64,000 bases of DNA from an uncultured Gammaproteobacteria bacterium (GTDB lineage Bacteria > Patescibacteriota > Microgenomatia > UBA10105 > UBA927): contig CAZNKB010000002.1 of the NCBI GenBank assembly GCA_964573695.1, positions 44,302-108,301 of the forward strand. The letters are read 5' to 3'. Under the pieces are notes generated by a model. The model ran no database searches. It was not told the origin of the DNA and worked only from the letters and a program-made list of their open reading frames with translations. The position numbers were made by a program, and so were the translations under genes. Shown here in pieces: positions 27,737-39,028 of this stretch (position 1 is the first letter of the stretch; each line of letters opens with the position of its first letter).

Positions 27737-28585
27737 TCACGTAGCCCCAGGATAAAGTGTGATCAGTATCTCCCTTATCCTTGTTACCGAAACCAAATGA
27801 CCGTCAGACGGGTACACAATAAGCTTCGATCGAGGCAGCTTGTCGGAGTAAAAATATCCCATGTGTACAATATCAGGATAGTCATCGGCGCCGTACCATA
27901 GGTATATAAATTTTTTGATCTTCTTGAGTTGAAATCCCCAATCTTTTGCCATGATAGCGAGCTCATGCGATGGCCCTTGCGAACCATTTCGAAACGCTTC
28001 TTTCATAGTTTCATGCCCACGCTTAAGCAAAGCTGCGTTTTGATAGAGCCTTCTATCTGCTCTCCCCCATATAAATCTGTACGCGCGGATAGAAAATCCA
28101 TAGTACGTGTTTATGTACTGAATCCTGACCAGGATATTTTGAACCCAACGAATTGTTCCTAACCATAGACGCCAGTCAAATGATCTTCCTTTTGCATACT
28201 CCTTCACTGGCGCAGGACCCACAACTATACCTATATGGGAAATCCGCCTAGGTATTTTATACGCACAGGCAAGGGCATACGGACTTCCTCCAGATACGCC
28301 CAAAATGGAAAATCTCTTAAGCCCCAAGTGATCTGCTATTGCCACGACATCATCTGGCCAATCCAGCAAAACTCTTCCTTCCTGATAATCAGACGCGCCA
28401 AATCCCGGTCTGTCTGGAGCGATAATACGAATACCCCTACGTTTTGCTATCTTGTCGTATATGGCTGCGCTCACATGGCTCGCTGGCCAGCCATGAAAAT
28501 ACAACACCGGCGTGCCCAGGGAATCTCCATATTCAAAAACAGATATTTTACGCTGATTGGGTCGCACCACAATAAATTGTCGCAT
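27737..28585 (-). CDS. Alpha/beta-fold hydrolase
   Basis: HGWPAS oxyanion region. GVSGGS nucleophile elbow (GxSxG). Confidence 0.8.
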   Translation of the reverse strand: MRQFIVVRPNQRKISVFEYGDSLGTPVLYFHGWPASHVSAAIYDKIAKRRGIRIIAPDRPGFGASDYQEGRVLLDWPDDVVAIADHLGLKRFSILGVSGGSPYALACAYKIPRRISHIGIVVGPAPVKEYAKGRSFDWRLWLGTIRWVQNILVRIQYINTYYGFSIRAYRFIWGRADRRLYQNAALLKRGHETMKEAFRNGSQGPSHELAIMAKDWGFQLKKIKKFIYLWYGADDYPDIVHMGYFYSDKLPRSKLIVYPSDGHLVSVTRIREILITLYPGAT

Positions 28586-28650
28586 AGGCTTGAAATACGT
28601 ATATTTTTATAGTGTTTTATAAAGGCATACGTGTATAATACACAAGATAC

Positions 28651-29301
28651 ATGATGACCACACAAGACAAAGCGCTCGAAATATATAAGCGGCTCGCCAA
28701 AGCGACACCGAACCCCAAAGTGGAACTCAATTTTTCCAATCCTTTTGAACTGCTGGTCGCCACCATGCTGGCCGCCCAATGTACGGACAAACTGGTAAAC
28801 TCAGTCACCCCTGCGTTATTTTCCAAATACAAAACAATAAAAAGTTTTGCCGACGCAACACCGGACCAAATTGATCTCATGATTACCAAAATCAATTTCC
28901 ACGCAAACAAGGCAAAAAACATCCACGTTGCGGCTTGTATGATCATGGATACATACGGTGGCGCGGTTCCCAAAACCATGGAGGAACTGGACGCGCTCCC
29001 CGGCGTAGCCAGAAAAACAGCAAACGTGGTATTGGGAAGTGCGTTCGGGATCACCTCGGGCATCGTCATCGACACCCACGGCATACGGCTCTCAAACAAA
29101 CTCGGGTTAACCACCCAAAAAGATCCGGTAAAAATCGAGCAAGACCTAATGAAGCTTCTGCCCCGAGACACATGGATCAAATTCGGGCATTTGCTGACCC
29201 TTCACGGAAGATACGTATGCACCGCTCGCCCGCACACGTGTGAGGGATGTCCGCTTAATGACCTGTGTCCGGAATATCCAAGCTGGCACCGTTCCCGCTA
29301 A
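28651..29301 (+). CDS. nth: Endonuclease III (HhH-GPD with 4Fe-4S)
   Basis: HhH-GPD region (LPGVARKTANVVL, D in VIDTHGIR) and C-terminal CTARPHTCEGCPLNDLC cluster. Confidence 0.9.
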   Translation: MMTTQDKALEIYKRLAKATPNPKVELNFSNPFELLVATMLAAQCTDKLVNSVTPALFSKYKTIKSFADATPDQIDLMITKINFHANKAKNIHVAACMIMDTYGGAVPKTMEELDALPGVARKTANVVLGSAFGITSGIVIDTHGIRLSNKLGLTTQKDPVKIEQDLMKLLPRDTWIKFGHLLTLHGRYVCTARPHTCEGCPLNDLCPEYPSWHRSR

Positions 29302-29342
29302 ATTCTTGGGCAGAAATTTTCCGAACTTGTTATAATGGCCTC

Positions 29343-29651
29343 ATGAAGGGATTTATCGATTTCGTGCGGGAACAGGGAGTCGTCGGGCTTGCCGTCGGAT
29401 TTATCCTTGGGGGAGCGGTCTCCGCGCTGGTAAAGGCATTTATCGAAGATATCATCAGTCCCCTTCTTGCCCTGGGCATGAGCAATCTAAGCAGCCTGCA
29501 GGACGCGTACCTTCAAATTGGCTCCGCAAAAATCATGTGGGGAAGTTTCCTAAACGACATCATCAACTTTCTCGTCATTGCCTTTGTCGTGTACTTCGGA
29601 GTAAAGATCCTCAAACTCGACAAACTGGACAAGAAAAAAGCAGACAAGTAA
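29343..29651 (+). CDS. mscL: Large-conductance mechanosensitive channel
   Basis: MKGFIDFVREQGVVGLAVGFILGGA... is the canonical MscL N-terminus. TATAAT 8 nt upstream. The track ORF starts 26 codons earlier. Confidence 0.85.
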   Translation: MKGFIDFVREQGVVGLAVGFILGGAVSALVKAFIEDIISPLLALGMSNLSSLQDAYLQIGSAKIMWGSFLNDIINFLVIAFVVYFGVKILKLDKLDKKKADK

Positions 29652-29672
29652 GCTGCCCGGTACATTATTTAT

Positions 29673-30362
29673 ATGCTCTTTAGGAAGCGGTTCAACAAAT
29701 TTGCCGATAAACGCGGCACATGGTTTCTCAAACGGCTCGAGGATTCCCTTGTCACTAAAATTCTTCCCTACCTACCTCCGTGGCTTGAGACATACCACCT
29801 GACGCTCGCGACGTTTTTTTGGATCGTACTCATCATCCTGGGAGGATACCTTGCCACCGAAAATATGAATTACCTCTGGATCATGTCTGTCGGCGTCATG
29901 GGTCAGTACATCACCGACCGTCTGGACGGTGAGGTGGGAAGGGCGCGCAACACAGGGCTTATTAAGTGGGGATTTTATATGGATCATTTCCTGGACTACC
30001 TGTTCCTTTGCTCTATCGTCATCAGTTATTGGTTCCTCACGCCATACGAGTACAAATATATTCTCTTTGTAGTACTCGCTATAAGTGCCGCGTATTTCGT
30101 CCACACGATACTTTATTTCGGCGTAACCGGACAGTTTGAAATCTCCAGCGAAGGATTCGGCCCGTCGGAATTTCGTGTTATGGTGATTGCAATCAATACC
30201 ATGCTTATCTACCTTGATCGCATCATTTTTGTGCCGCTCATGATTACGTTCCTGTGCGGCAACATCATATATCTCATTGTGAGCATATACCGTTCCCAAC
30301 ACAAAATCTGGGACATGGATATGACCTTCAAACACAAACAGGACAGGTTCCGATCCAACTGA
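29673..30362 (+). CDS. CDP-alcohol phosphatidyltransferase family protein
   Basis: DRLDGEVGRARN ... D (DG-x2-AR-x8-G-x3-D motif), polytopic. Confidence 0.8.
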   Translation: MLFRKRFNKFADKRGTWFLKRLEDSLVTKILPYLPPWLETYHLTLATFFWIVLIILGGYLATENMNYLWIMSVGVMGQYITDRLDGEVGRARNTGLIKWGFYMDHFLDYLFLCSIVISYWFLTPYEYKYILFVVLAISAAYFVHTILYFGVTGQFEISSEGFGPSEFRVMVIAINTMLIYLDRIIFVPLMITFLCGNIIYLIVSIYRSQHKIWDMDMTFKHKQDRFRSN

Positions 30363-30746
30363 TTACGAGACATTCTTAAGATGCCGAAGACCGGAAATCC
30401 GAAGCGTAAGCGGGTCCAGTACGACCGCGATCACGTCTATGCGAACGCTCACCGTTTCCCAAGGATGTATATGAAGATAATACTGAGCGGTCTTTACCAC
30501 TTCCTGCAATTTCTTCGGGGTCACGGACTCCTCCGGCGTGCCAAAAGCGTTATTGCTTCTGGTTTTGACCTCCACAAATACCAGTGTTTCGTTTTCACGC
30601 GCAATGATATCTATTTCGCCGTAACGGGCTTTGAAGTTACGCGTGACAATGGTGAAACCATTCGAGAGGAGATAACCTACTGCGGCGTCTTCGCCGATGT
30701 TGCCGATATTACTTGATTGGCTTGGCTTGAACTGCTTCGGCAACAC
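30363..30746 (-). CDS. YraN-family (UPF0102) endonuclease
   Basis: GEDAAVGYL...RNFKARYGEIDIIA...LVFVEVKTR...VRIDVIAV. Confidence 0.8.
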   Translation of the reverse strand: MLPKQFKPSQSSNIGNIGEDAAVGYLLSNGFTIVTRNFKARYGEIDIIARENETLVFVEVKTRSNNAFGTPEESVTPKKLQEVVKTAQYYLHIHPWETVSVRIDVIAVVLDPLTLRISGLRHLKNVS

Positions 30747-31119
30747 GGTTTGCCTCTTTTCCTAATTTACCGCGCAGATAATATAATTTGGCGCGCTTGA
30801 CGCTTCCGTGTTTCTTAACGTCCACTTTTCTGATCCATGGGGAGATAAGTGGGAAAATACGCTCGATCCCTATGGCGGCCGCGCCGATTTTGCGTACCGT
30901 AAACATGGCGTTTGCTTTACTTCCCTTGATCGCAATCACGATACCTTCAAAGATTTGGATACGCTCGCGGGTTTCTTCTTTGACTTCACGCTTTGTTTTG
31001 CCGGCTACCTTTTCCTTTTCGATCAGTTTGTAGTGCACGCGTACCGTATCGCCGACGTGGATGTCGACCTGTAAATCTTTCTCACCGTCTTTGCCATTCC
31101 AAACAATGTGGTTTGCCAT
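30709..31119 (-). CDS. rplS: 50S ribosomal protein L19
   Basis: ...DIHVGDTVRVHYKLIEKEK...ERIQIFEGIVIAIKGSKANAMFTVRKI...GIERIFPLISPWI.... Start taken at MANHIV. The track ORF extends 16 codons. Confidence 0.9.
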   Translation of the reverse strand: MANHIVWNGKDGEKDLQVDIHVGDTVRVHYKLIEKEKVAGKTKREVKEETRERIQIFEGIVIAIKGSKANAMFTVRKIGAAAIGIERIFPLISPWIRKVDVKKHGSVKRAKLYYLRGKLGKEANRVAEAVQAKPIK

Positions 31120-31170
31120 ATAATCGTGTAAGAGGCTTATTTTACCATTCCCGCGAGCTTGACACAAGCT

Positions 31171-32838
31171 CTACCTGCCGAGACAGGCGCGGATGTAGGT
31201 AACAAACAACGGATGGGGTACGAGCGGGCTCGACCGGTACTCCGGGTGATATTGGGTACCCAGGAAAAACGGATGTACGGACTGAGGCAACTCCACGATT
31301 TCCGCAAGGTTCTCGACGATAGAACGCCCGGAAAACACGAGCCCCTTGTCCTCTAACTGTTTGGTAAATTCATCGTTGAATTCATAGCGGTGGCGGTGAC
31401 GCTCCCATACGGTTCTTTTTTCCGGGTTGGCGTAGCCATTGTGAGACCGATAACTTTGATCCGCGATCGAGCCTTCCTTGACCTCGCACTCCCAACGACC
31501 GAGCCTCATGGTGCCACCGTAGGCGCGGCGCTTCTGATTTTCCTCCTGCATCGGATTCATGTGAATGACCGGATACGGGGTTTTCTCATCGCATTCTGTC
31601 GTATTGGCATTGGTAAGTCCCAAGACATTACGCGCGTACTCCACGACAGCCAGCTGCATCCCGTAGCACAGGCCTAAATAGGGAATTTTCTGCTCACGGG
31701 CGTATCGTATGGCCTCCAGCATACCTTCTACTCCTCTGGGTCCCCAGCCGATCGGTACGATAACACCGGACACTCCGGAAAGGAGTGACTCGGCAGTTGC
31801 TCCTTTTTCGATTTTCTCGGAATTTACCCAACGGGTTTTGACCGTCACCCCTTCGTTCCAACCGGCATGATCAATCGCATCCATAAGTGCCGCATATGAA
31901 TCCCGTAGTTCATAATCCCCGGTACCGAAATATTTACCTACGATAGCTACTTCGATCGTTTTTTTCTTGCTCGCCTTGACACGGTCAAGCATCGCGGACC
32001 ATTGCGTCAGGTCTGCTGATCGGTCCGGAAGGTTAAATAAGGCCAGTATCTTTTGGGCGAACCCCTGTTCTTCGAACGTCTGCGGCACGGCATACGGAGT
32101 GGATTCGTCGGGATTATTGATGACGTTTTCGGGGGCGACATTACAAAACATGGCCAGTCGCTCGCGTCGCCGGATATCTATGGCCTTTTCTCCCCGACAC
32201 ACGATGAAGTCAGGCTGAATACCCATAGACAAGAGGAATTTGACCGAAAGCTGTGTGGGTTTGGTTTTGGGTTCCCCGAGATGATGCGGAGTCGGCAGAT
32301 AGCTCACGTGGACGTGGACAACCGGTGCTTTTTTGACTGTTTTTAGAATTCGCGAGGCTTCGTAGTAGAGCATATTCTGATATTCACCGGCGGTTCCCCC
32401 CAGCTCAACCACGACGATTTCCGCACCGTCTTTTTTGGCCGCAGTCTCTATGCGCCCCAATATCTCATCGGTGATATGCGGAATTGCCTCAACATCCTCC
32501 CCCTTGTATTCGAAGTTACGCTCCCGCCCGATAACGGCCGAATAGATCTGGCCCATGGTTACGAAATTGTGGCGGTGGACGTTTTTGCCCAGGAATTTCT
32601 CGTAGGTTCCCATATCCATATCGGCCTCGGTACCGTCATCACAAAGGAACGGATCGCCGTGCTCGATCGGATTGATGAGTCCGGAGTCCACGTTTAAGTA
32701 GTTTTCAAACTTTATGGGGGTGACCTTATAGCCTCTTGCCTGAAGGAGTAATCCTATGGAGGCGGTCGTGATGCCCTTCCCTAATCCGGAGAGTACGCCT
32801 CCCGAAACGAAAATATATTTAGGTTCAGTAAGGTGCAT
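31171..32838 (-). CDS. pyrG: CTP synthase
   Basis: KYIFVSGGVLSGLGKGITTASIG N-terminus. C-terminal GATase domain with GLCYGMQ. Confidence 0.95.
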   Translation of the reverse strand: MHLTEPKYIFVSGGVLSGLGKGITTASIGLLLQARGYKVTPIKFENYLNVDSGLINPIEHGDPFLCDDGTEADMDMGTYEKFLGKNVHRHNFVTMGQIYSAVIGRERNFEYKGEDVEAIPHITDEILGRIETAAKKDGAEIVVVELGGTAGEYQNMLYYEASRILKTVKKAPVVHVHVSYLPTPHHLGEPKTKPTQLSVKFLLSMGIQPDFIVCRGEKAIDIRRRERLAMFCNVAPENVINNPDESTPYAVPQTFEEQGFAQKILALFNLPDRSADLTQWSAMLDRVKASKKKTIEVAIVGKYFGTGDYELRDSYAALMDAIDHAGWNEGVTVKTRWVNSEKIEKGATAESLLSGVSGVIVPIGWGPRGVEGMLEAIRYAREQKIPYLGLCYGMQLAVVEYARNVLGLTNANTTECDEKTPYPVIHMNPMQEENQKRRAYGGTMRLGRWECEVKEGSIADQSYRSHNGYANPEKRTVWERHRHRYEFNDEFTKQLEDKGLVFSGRSIVENLAEIVELPQSVHPFFLGTQYHPEYRSSPLVPHPLFVTYIRACLGR

Positions 32839-32905
32839 GGTTTAAGATACCAAAAAATACCCACCCCGTCAACTCTCCCCCCGTTTGGAAGTGGAGTAAT
32901 CAGGG

Positions 32906-33418
32906 CTATTTTTTCTCTGTCTTGCGGCTCTTTTTTGCGGTGAGGTTTGATGTTTTGGACTTACCTTTGTCGCCAAAATTCTTCCGAAACAATGAATAAA
33001 AAATATCCCCCTTGGTAATCACACCCACGACCTGATCCTCGTCGTTTAAAACCGGCAACTGATCCACATGGCGCACGATCATCCGGGACAACGCCCGCAT
33101 CACAAGGGTTGACTCCCGGGAAAAAATAACGGTCCTGCACATGATATCTTTTGCCTTGATAGGTGCCATTTCGCGTATACGCTCTTCCATAGCCTCAAAA
33201 TCCTGAGGAGTCTCCAAATAGTCCATGACATCCTGATATTTAGGATACAGGCGCTCCAAAATATCTTTGCGGGTCACGATACCTACGAGTTTTCCGGTAC
33301 TGTTTACTACGGGCATCGTATGGATATGGGTGGAAAAAATTTTCTTACAGAGGTCACGATACGTCGTTTCTGGGGTAACCGTCATCACCGCTCTAGACAT
33401 GATTTCTGATACTGTCAT
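32906..33418 (-). CDS. CBS-domain pair protein
   Basis: Two CBS repeats (...HTMPVVNSTGKLVGIVTRKDIL..., ...LPVLNDEDQVVGVITKGDIF...). Confidence 0.75.
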   Translation of the reverse strand: MTVSEIMSRAVMTVTPETTYRDLCKKIFSTHIHTMPVVNSTGKLVGIVTRKDILERLYPKYQDVMDYLETPQDFEAMEERIREMAPIKAKDIMCRTVIFSRESTLVMRALSRMIVRHVDQLPVLNDEDQVVGVITKGDIFYSLFRKNFGDKGKSKTSNLTAKKSRKTEKK

Positions 33419-33483
33419 AGATCGTGTTTTACAAAGTATACCACAGATCAAAATATTCTTGTCAAATACGAGAAAAATGACAG

Positions 33484-33918
33484 TTACTGCATGCGGAACG
33501 GCGAGGCTTTGCGCTTACGCTTACTTACCTTGAGCTCTAGAAGTGACCTGTGAAGTATGGCAACCGCCTGCGCGAGCTCTTCGCCCTTGGCTTTGCGGGC
33601 GATCAGCAATTTGGCCGATTCCATAGCCTTGTGGATCTCTGATTCGTTCACCTCATCGGCATGGACCGCGCGCGAGACCAATATGGACACTTCGCCCTTT
33701 TTCCGTACCTCCATGAATCCTCCGCCGATAGCAAGATAAAATTCCTTGCCGCCGGACATGATCTTCACCTCTCCCGGGGCTAGTTGGGAAAACAGCGGCT
33801 CGTGGTTTGCAAGCACCTCTATCGTCCCGTCGGGTGTGGGCACGGATACGGCGTCAACTTTTTCCGAAAACGCTTTCCGCTGTGGTGTGATGACATCAAG
33901 AAGAAATTGATTATTCAT
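33484..33918 (-). CDS. atpC: ATP synthase F1 epsilon subunit
   Basis: Position at the end of the atp operon. LLDVITPQ...VPTPDGTIEVLANHEPL. Confidence 0.88.
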   Translation of the reverse strand: MNNQFLLDVITPQRKAFSEKVDAVSVPTPDGTIEVLANHEPLFSQLAPGEVKIMSGGKEFYLAIGGGFMEVRKKGEVSILVSRAVHADEVNESEIHKAMESAKLLIARKAKGEELAQAVAILHRSLLELKVSKRKRKASPFRMQ

Positions 33919-33977
33919 AATCCTGCTATGTACTTATGAAGCATCTGGCAAGGTCAACGGGATGAATGAGTATATAC

Positions 33978-35399
<1,422 letters not shown>

Positions 35400-36254
35400 T
35401 TATTCAACTGCCAATCTGGCGGTGACCATATCGGTAATTTCGTACGTGATTTTTTCCTGTCGTGCTTTGTTGTATTGGAGCGTCAGGTCGTCCTGAAGCG
35501 AGTTGGCATTGTCTGTTGCGTTGTGCATGGCGATCATCCGTGCGGAATGCTCAGCCGCCTCAGCCTGAAGCACGGCATCGCGGATCTGGTTTTCTACGTA
35601 GTGCGGCAAAAGCGCGGCAAACACTTCTTCGACACTCGGCTCGATCAAAAATTCATACGTCCCTTCGTCATCCTGGGCTGCCTCCCCGGTTATGGTTAAG
35701 GGCAATATGGTCTTCATCCTTGGAATCTGCTTAGAAACGGACAAAAACTCATTTGACACCAAATCAACCGCATCGTACGACTCGGTCAAAAACTGCTCAG
35801 TCAGATACGCAACCAGCGCGGGTACCACGCGCTCCCAAGGTGTTGTGTCAGAAAAATCCGCTTTTACCCCATGACCAAGCCGGGTAACGAAATCGGCACC
35901 CTTTTTGCCTATCGAGACGACATCATAAGAAGCATTGTGCGGGTACTGTTTCATAAAAAAACGAAACAGCGAGGTATTGAGCCCTCCGCACAGTCCTTTG
36001 TTGGTGGAAAGGAGTACGACGAGACGTTTTCCGGTCAACGGCGGAGTCTGAAGCAATTTATGATTGCGAAAGTCGGTGCGTTTGGCCAGTCGCATCACCA
36101 TTTCGTAAATTTTCTGGGCGTAAAGTTTGCCGGATAGTGCGGCAGCCTGTGCCTTTTTCATTTTGGCAGCGGCAACGAGTTCCATGGCTTTGGTGATCTG
36201 TGCGATGTTTTTCGCACTTTTGATTCTTCTTTTGATAAGACGGATGTTTGCCAT
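35400..36254 (-). CDS. atpG: ATP synthase F1 gamma subunit
   Basis: MANIRLIKRRIKSAKNIAQITKAMELVAAAKMKKAQ. Confidence 0.93.
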   Translation of the reverse strand: MANIRLIKRRIKSAKNIAQITKAMELVAAAKMKKAQAAALSGKLYAQKIYEMVMRLAKRTDFRNHKLLQTPPLTGKRLVVLLSTNKGLCGGLNTSLFRFFMKQYPHNASYDVVSIGKKGADFVTRLGHGVKADFSDTTPWERVVPALVAYLTEQFLTESYDAVDLVSNEFLSVSKQIPRMKTILPLTITGEAAQDDEGTYEFLIEPSVEEVFAALLPHYVENQIRDAVLQAEAAEHSARMIAMHNATDNANSLQDDLTLQYNKARQEKITYEITDMVTARLAVE

Positions 36255-36256
36255 AC

Positions 36257-37765
36257 TTACTTAAATGACTTTTTGAATTCCGAAATCGCCGTTTCGAGAC
36301 CTTTTTCTATTTCAGGGGACAGCATCTTTTCTTTGGCGATGGCTCCCAGTACTTTACGATGCCTCGCGTGCATAAAACTTAAAAATTGGCTCTCAAAATC
36401 CGTCACGCGGTTGACGGGAATCTCATCGAGATATCCTTTGCTCCCTGCCCACATAATCGCGACTTGTAACGAAACGGAAACCGGCTGGAACTGCCCCTGT
36501 TTCAAAAGCTCCATCATGCGGGATCCGCGGGCGATTTGTTTTTTGGTTATATCGTCGACATCCGAGGCAAATTGGGCAAATGCCGCCAAATCCCTAAATT
36601 GTGCCAAATCGAGACGCAAATTCCCCGAGACTTTTTTCATCGCCTTTATCTGTGCGCTGCCTCCGACGCGCGATACGGACAATCCGACGTTGACTGCGGG
36701 GCGCTGCCCGCTGTTAAACAGGTCGCTCTCAAGGTAAATTTGCCCGTCGGTAATGGAAATAACGTTTGTCGGAATATAGGCGGACATATCTCCTGCCTGT
36801 GTTTCGATGATCGGAAGTGCGGTAATGGAACCTCCTCCGCGAGCCTCGGAAAGTCGGCATGCACGCTCGAGTAACCGGCTATGGAGATAAAACACGTCTC
36901 CCGGATATGCCTCACGCCCGGAAGGCCTGCGGAGCGTTAAGGATATCTGTCGGTAGGCCCAGGCATGTTTGGACAAATCATCGTAGATCACAAGCACGTC
37001 TTTACCTTTGTCCATGAAATATTCGCCGAGTGCGCACCCTGCATAAGGCGCCAAATATTGGTACGGCACCGGGTCGCTTGCCGTAGCTGCCACGATAATC
37101 GTGTGCTCCATGGCATTGTGCTTTTCCAAATCGGCGATGACCTGCGCTACTCTGCTGGTTTTTTGGCCAATCGCGACATAAATACAGATCACGTTTTCCC
37201 CTTTTTGGTTGATAATCGTATCCACGGCAATCGCTGTCTTTCCCGTGCTTCGATCCCCGATGATAAGCTCGCGCTGACCGCGCCCTATGGGAATCATCGC
37301 GTCGATTGCCTTGATGCCCGTCTGAAGCGGCGTCGTAACCGGCTGCCGGTGTACGACCCCCGATGCGATCTGTTCCATGGGATAACGGGTCTTGGAGGGA
37401 ATTGTTCCTTTGGCATCGATTGGCTCTCCCAGCGGGTTTATGACGCGACCTATGTACGCCTCCCCGACGGGAACAGAAAGCAGCGTACCGGTGCTTCGCA
37501 CTTCGTCGCCTTCCTTAAGCTTGAGGTAATCCCCAAGCACCATAATACCGACCTCTTCTTCCTCGAGGTTGACGACCACGCCCTGTATACCATTTGCAAA
37601 CGTCACGAGTTCAAGATATTTCGCTCCCGGTAATCCGGAAGCCTTGGCGACGCCGTCTGCCAGGGTGGTAAGGTATCCTACGCGTCTGGCCTTGGCGCCA
37701 GTTTCGAAGCTTTCTAATTTTTTGACAAGTTCTTTCGCAATGAGGGATGCTGTATTTGTTTTCAT
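36257..37765 (-). CDS. atpA: ATP synthase F1 alpha subunit
   Basis: [21 protein letters not shown]-loop. Confidence 0.97.
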   Translation of the reverse strand: MKTNTASLIAKELVKKLESFETGAKARRVGYLTTLADGVAKASGLPGAKYLELVTFANGIQGVVVNLEEEEVGIMVLGDYLKLKEGDEVRSTGTLLSVPVGEAYIGRVINPLGEPIDAKGTIPSKTRYPMEQIASGVVHRQPVTTPLQTGIKAIDAMIPIGRGQRELIIGDRSTGKTAIAVDTIINQKGENVICIYVAIGQKTSRVAQVIADLEKHNAMEHTIIVAATASDPVPYQYLAPYAGCALGEYFMDKGKDVLVIYDDLSKHAWAYRQISLTLRRPSGREAYPGDVFYLHSRLLERACRLSEARGGGSITALPIIETQAGDMSAYIPTNVISITDGQIYLESDLFNSGQRPAVNVGLSVSRVGGSAQIKAMKKVSGNLRLDLAQFRDLAAFAQFASDVDDITKKQIARGSRMMELLKQGQFQPVSVSLQVAIMWAGSKGYLDEIPVNRVTDFESQFLSFMHARHRKVLGAIAKEKMLSPEIEKGLETAISEFKKSFK

Positions 37766-37772
37766 ACGTTAC

Positions 37773-38129
37773 TTAAGAAACGGTTACTACCGTGGCCATT
37801 TCCCGAAGCTCATTTCGGATACTTGAATCCATAACCCAGTCTGCCATGATGACCCGAAGTCCTCCGATAAGGGACGGGTTGACGACACTCGTCAAGCTCA
37901 CCTCGTGTCCTGCTATACGGGAAAGGGCCCGGGCTATGCTTTGGGTCTCACCAAGCGTCAATTTGACGGCGGATTCCACTTTGGCCTGATGCTCATGCTT
38001 GGCTGAAGCCGACATTTTCCTAAGCAGTGACTCCACCTTTGGCGAGACGTCATTTGCTTTGCCGCCACGCTTGAGATGACTTATAACCCCGTCTACAAAT
38101 CCGCGGGCGTCTTTGGAAACAGATTTCAT
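37773..38129 (-). CDS. atpH: ATP synthase F1 delta subunit, unusually short (118 aa)
   Basis: C-terminal ...VVNPSLIGGLRVIMADWVMDSSIRNELREM matches the OSCP/delta C-domain. Only 22 nt separate it from atpF, leaving no room for a longer N-terminus. Confidence 0.8.
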   Translation of the reverse strand: MKSVSKDARGFVDGVISHLKRGGKANDVSPKVESLLRKMSASAKHEHQAKVESAVKLTLGETQSIARALSRIAGHEVSLTSVVNPSLIGGLRVIMADWVMDSSIRNELREMATVVTVS

Positions 38130-38151
38130 ACGCGTCGAAATAGCCCTTATG

Positions 38152-38667
38152 TCAGGACGATTTCCCCTCCCGATCTGCCCATACTTCCAAGTCTTTTATC
38201 CTTTTGGAAATAAGCGCGTGCTGTTCTTTGGCGCTCATAACAGACGAAAGCAACCGCTTGGCCATAACGACCGCGAGATTGACCGCTTCCGCGGCTATCG
38301 CCTTCTTTTGGGATTTATGCGTTTCCTCCGCTTCCTGCTTGGCTCTCGTGATGATTGCCGCCGCCTGCGTATGTGCTTCCGCAACCAGCTCTTTTTCTAC
38401 CTCTTTTGCCTGTTTTTTGGCGTCTTCGATGATGAGGAGGGCGTCTTCCCGTGCCTTGGCGAGAGCCTTTTCCTGTTTCACTCTGAGCTTTTCTTCCTCA
38501 TCTTTGAGCTTGGCAGTCAGCTCAACGCCGTCTGCGATCTCCTTTTTCCGTTTCTCAAGCATCGTAAGGATCGGCTTGTAGAGCAGTTTCTGCAGCACAA
38601 AGATGATAACCAAAAAGTTAACAACCTGGGCTGCCAGTAATGATGGTTCAATACCTAATTTGTCCAT
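38152..38667 (-). CDS. atpF: ATP synthase Fo b subunit
   Basis: N-terminal TM followed by a long charged coiled coil. Operon position. Confidence 0.88.
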   Translation of the reverse strand: MDKLGIEPSLLAAQVVNFLVIIFVLQKLLYKPILTMLEKRKKEIADGVELTAKLKDEEEKLRVKQEKALAKAREDALLIIEDAKKQAKEVEKELVAEAHTQAAAIITRAKQEAEETHKSQKKAIAAEAVNLAVVMAKRLLSSVMSAKEQHALISKRIKDLEVWADREGKSS

Positions 38668-38681
38668 GAGTTACCAATGCT

Positions 38682-38909
38682 TTATACAAATTTAATGATA
38701 AGACCTACCACGAGCGAGTAAATAGCAATAGCTTCTGCGAATGCGATACCCAAAATCATACTCGTGCGAATCTCGTTAGCGGCTTCCGGGTTCCGACCCA
38801 TGGCCTCTAATGCTTTCCCCGTCAACAAACCGATTGCCAACGCCGGCATACCTCCGCCGATCGCGACAGTAAGACCCATCATAATCATACGAACTGATGC
38901 TTCATCCAT
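38682..38909 (-). CDS. atpE: ATP synthase Fo c subunit
   Basis: GLTVAIGGGMPALAIGLL...ARNPEA..., carboxylate E in the second helix (FAEAIAIYSLVV). Confidence 0.93.
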   Translation of the reverse strand: MDEASVRMIMMGLTVAIGGGMPALAIGLLTGKALEAMGRNPEAANEIRTSMILGIAFAEAIAIYSLVVGLIIKFV

Positions 38910-39028
38910 TTTACGCTCACCCCCTTCTATATCCGGAAAAAATTGTTTTTCCGGCTATTTAATGTTTATAAGTATATCGTGCTTTGTCTATAACGCAATA
39001 TGCATCACTTTGATGCATAGGCTCGGTC

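Noticed and set aside
28617-29180. 187-aa minus-strand ORF
   Set aside because: Antisense to endonuclease III, which has an unambiguous HhH-GPD/Fe-S signature.
29772-30335. 187-aa minus-strand ORF
   Set aside because: Antisense to the CDP-alcohol phosphatidyltransferase gene.
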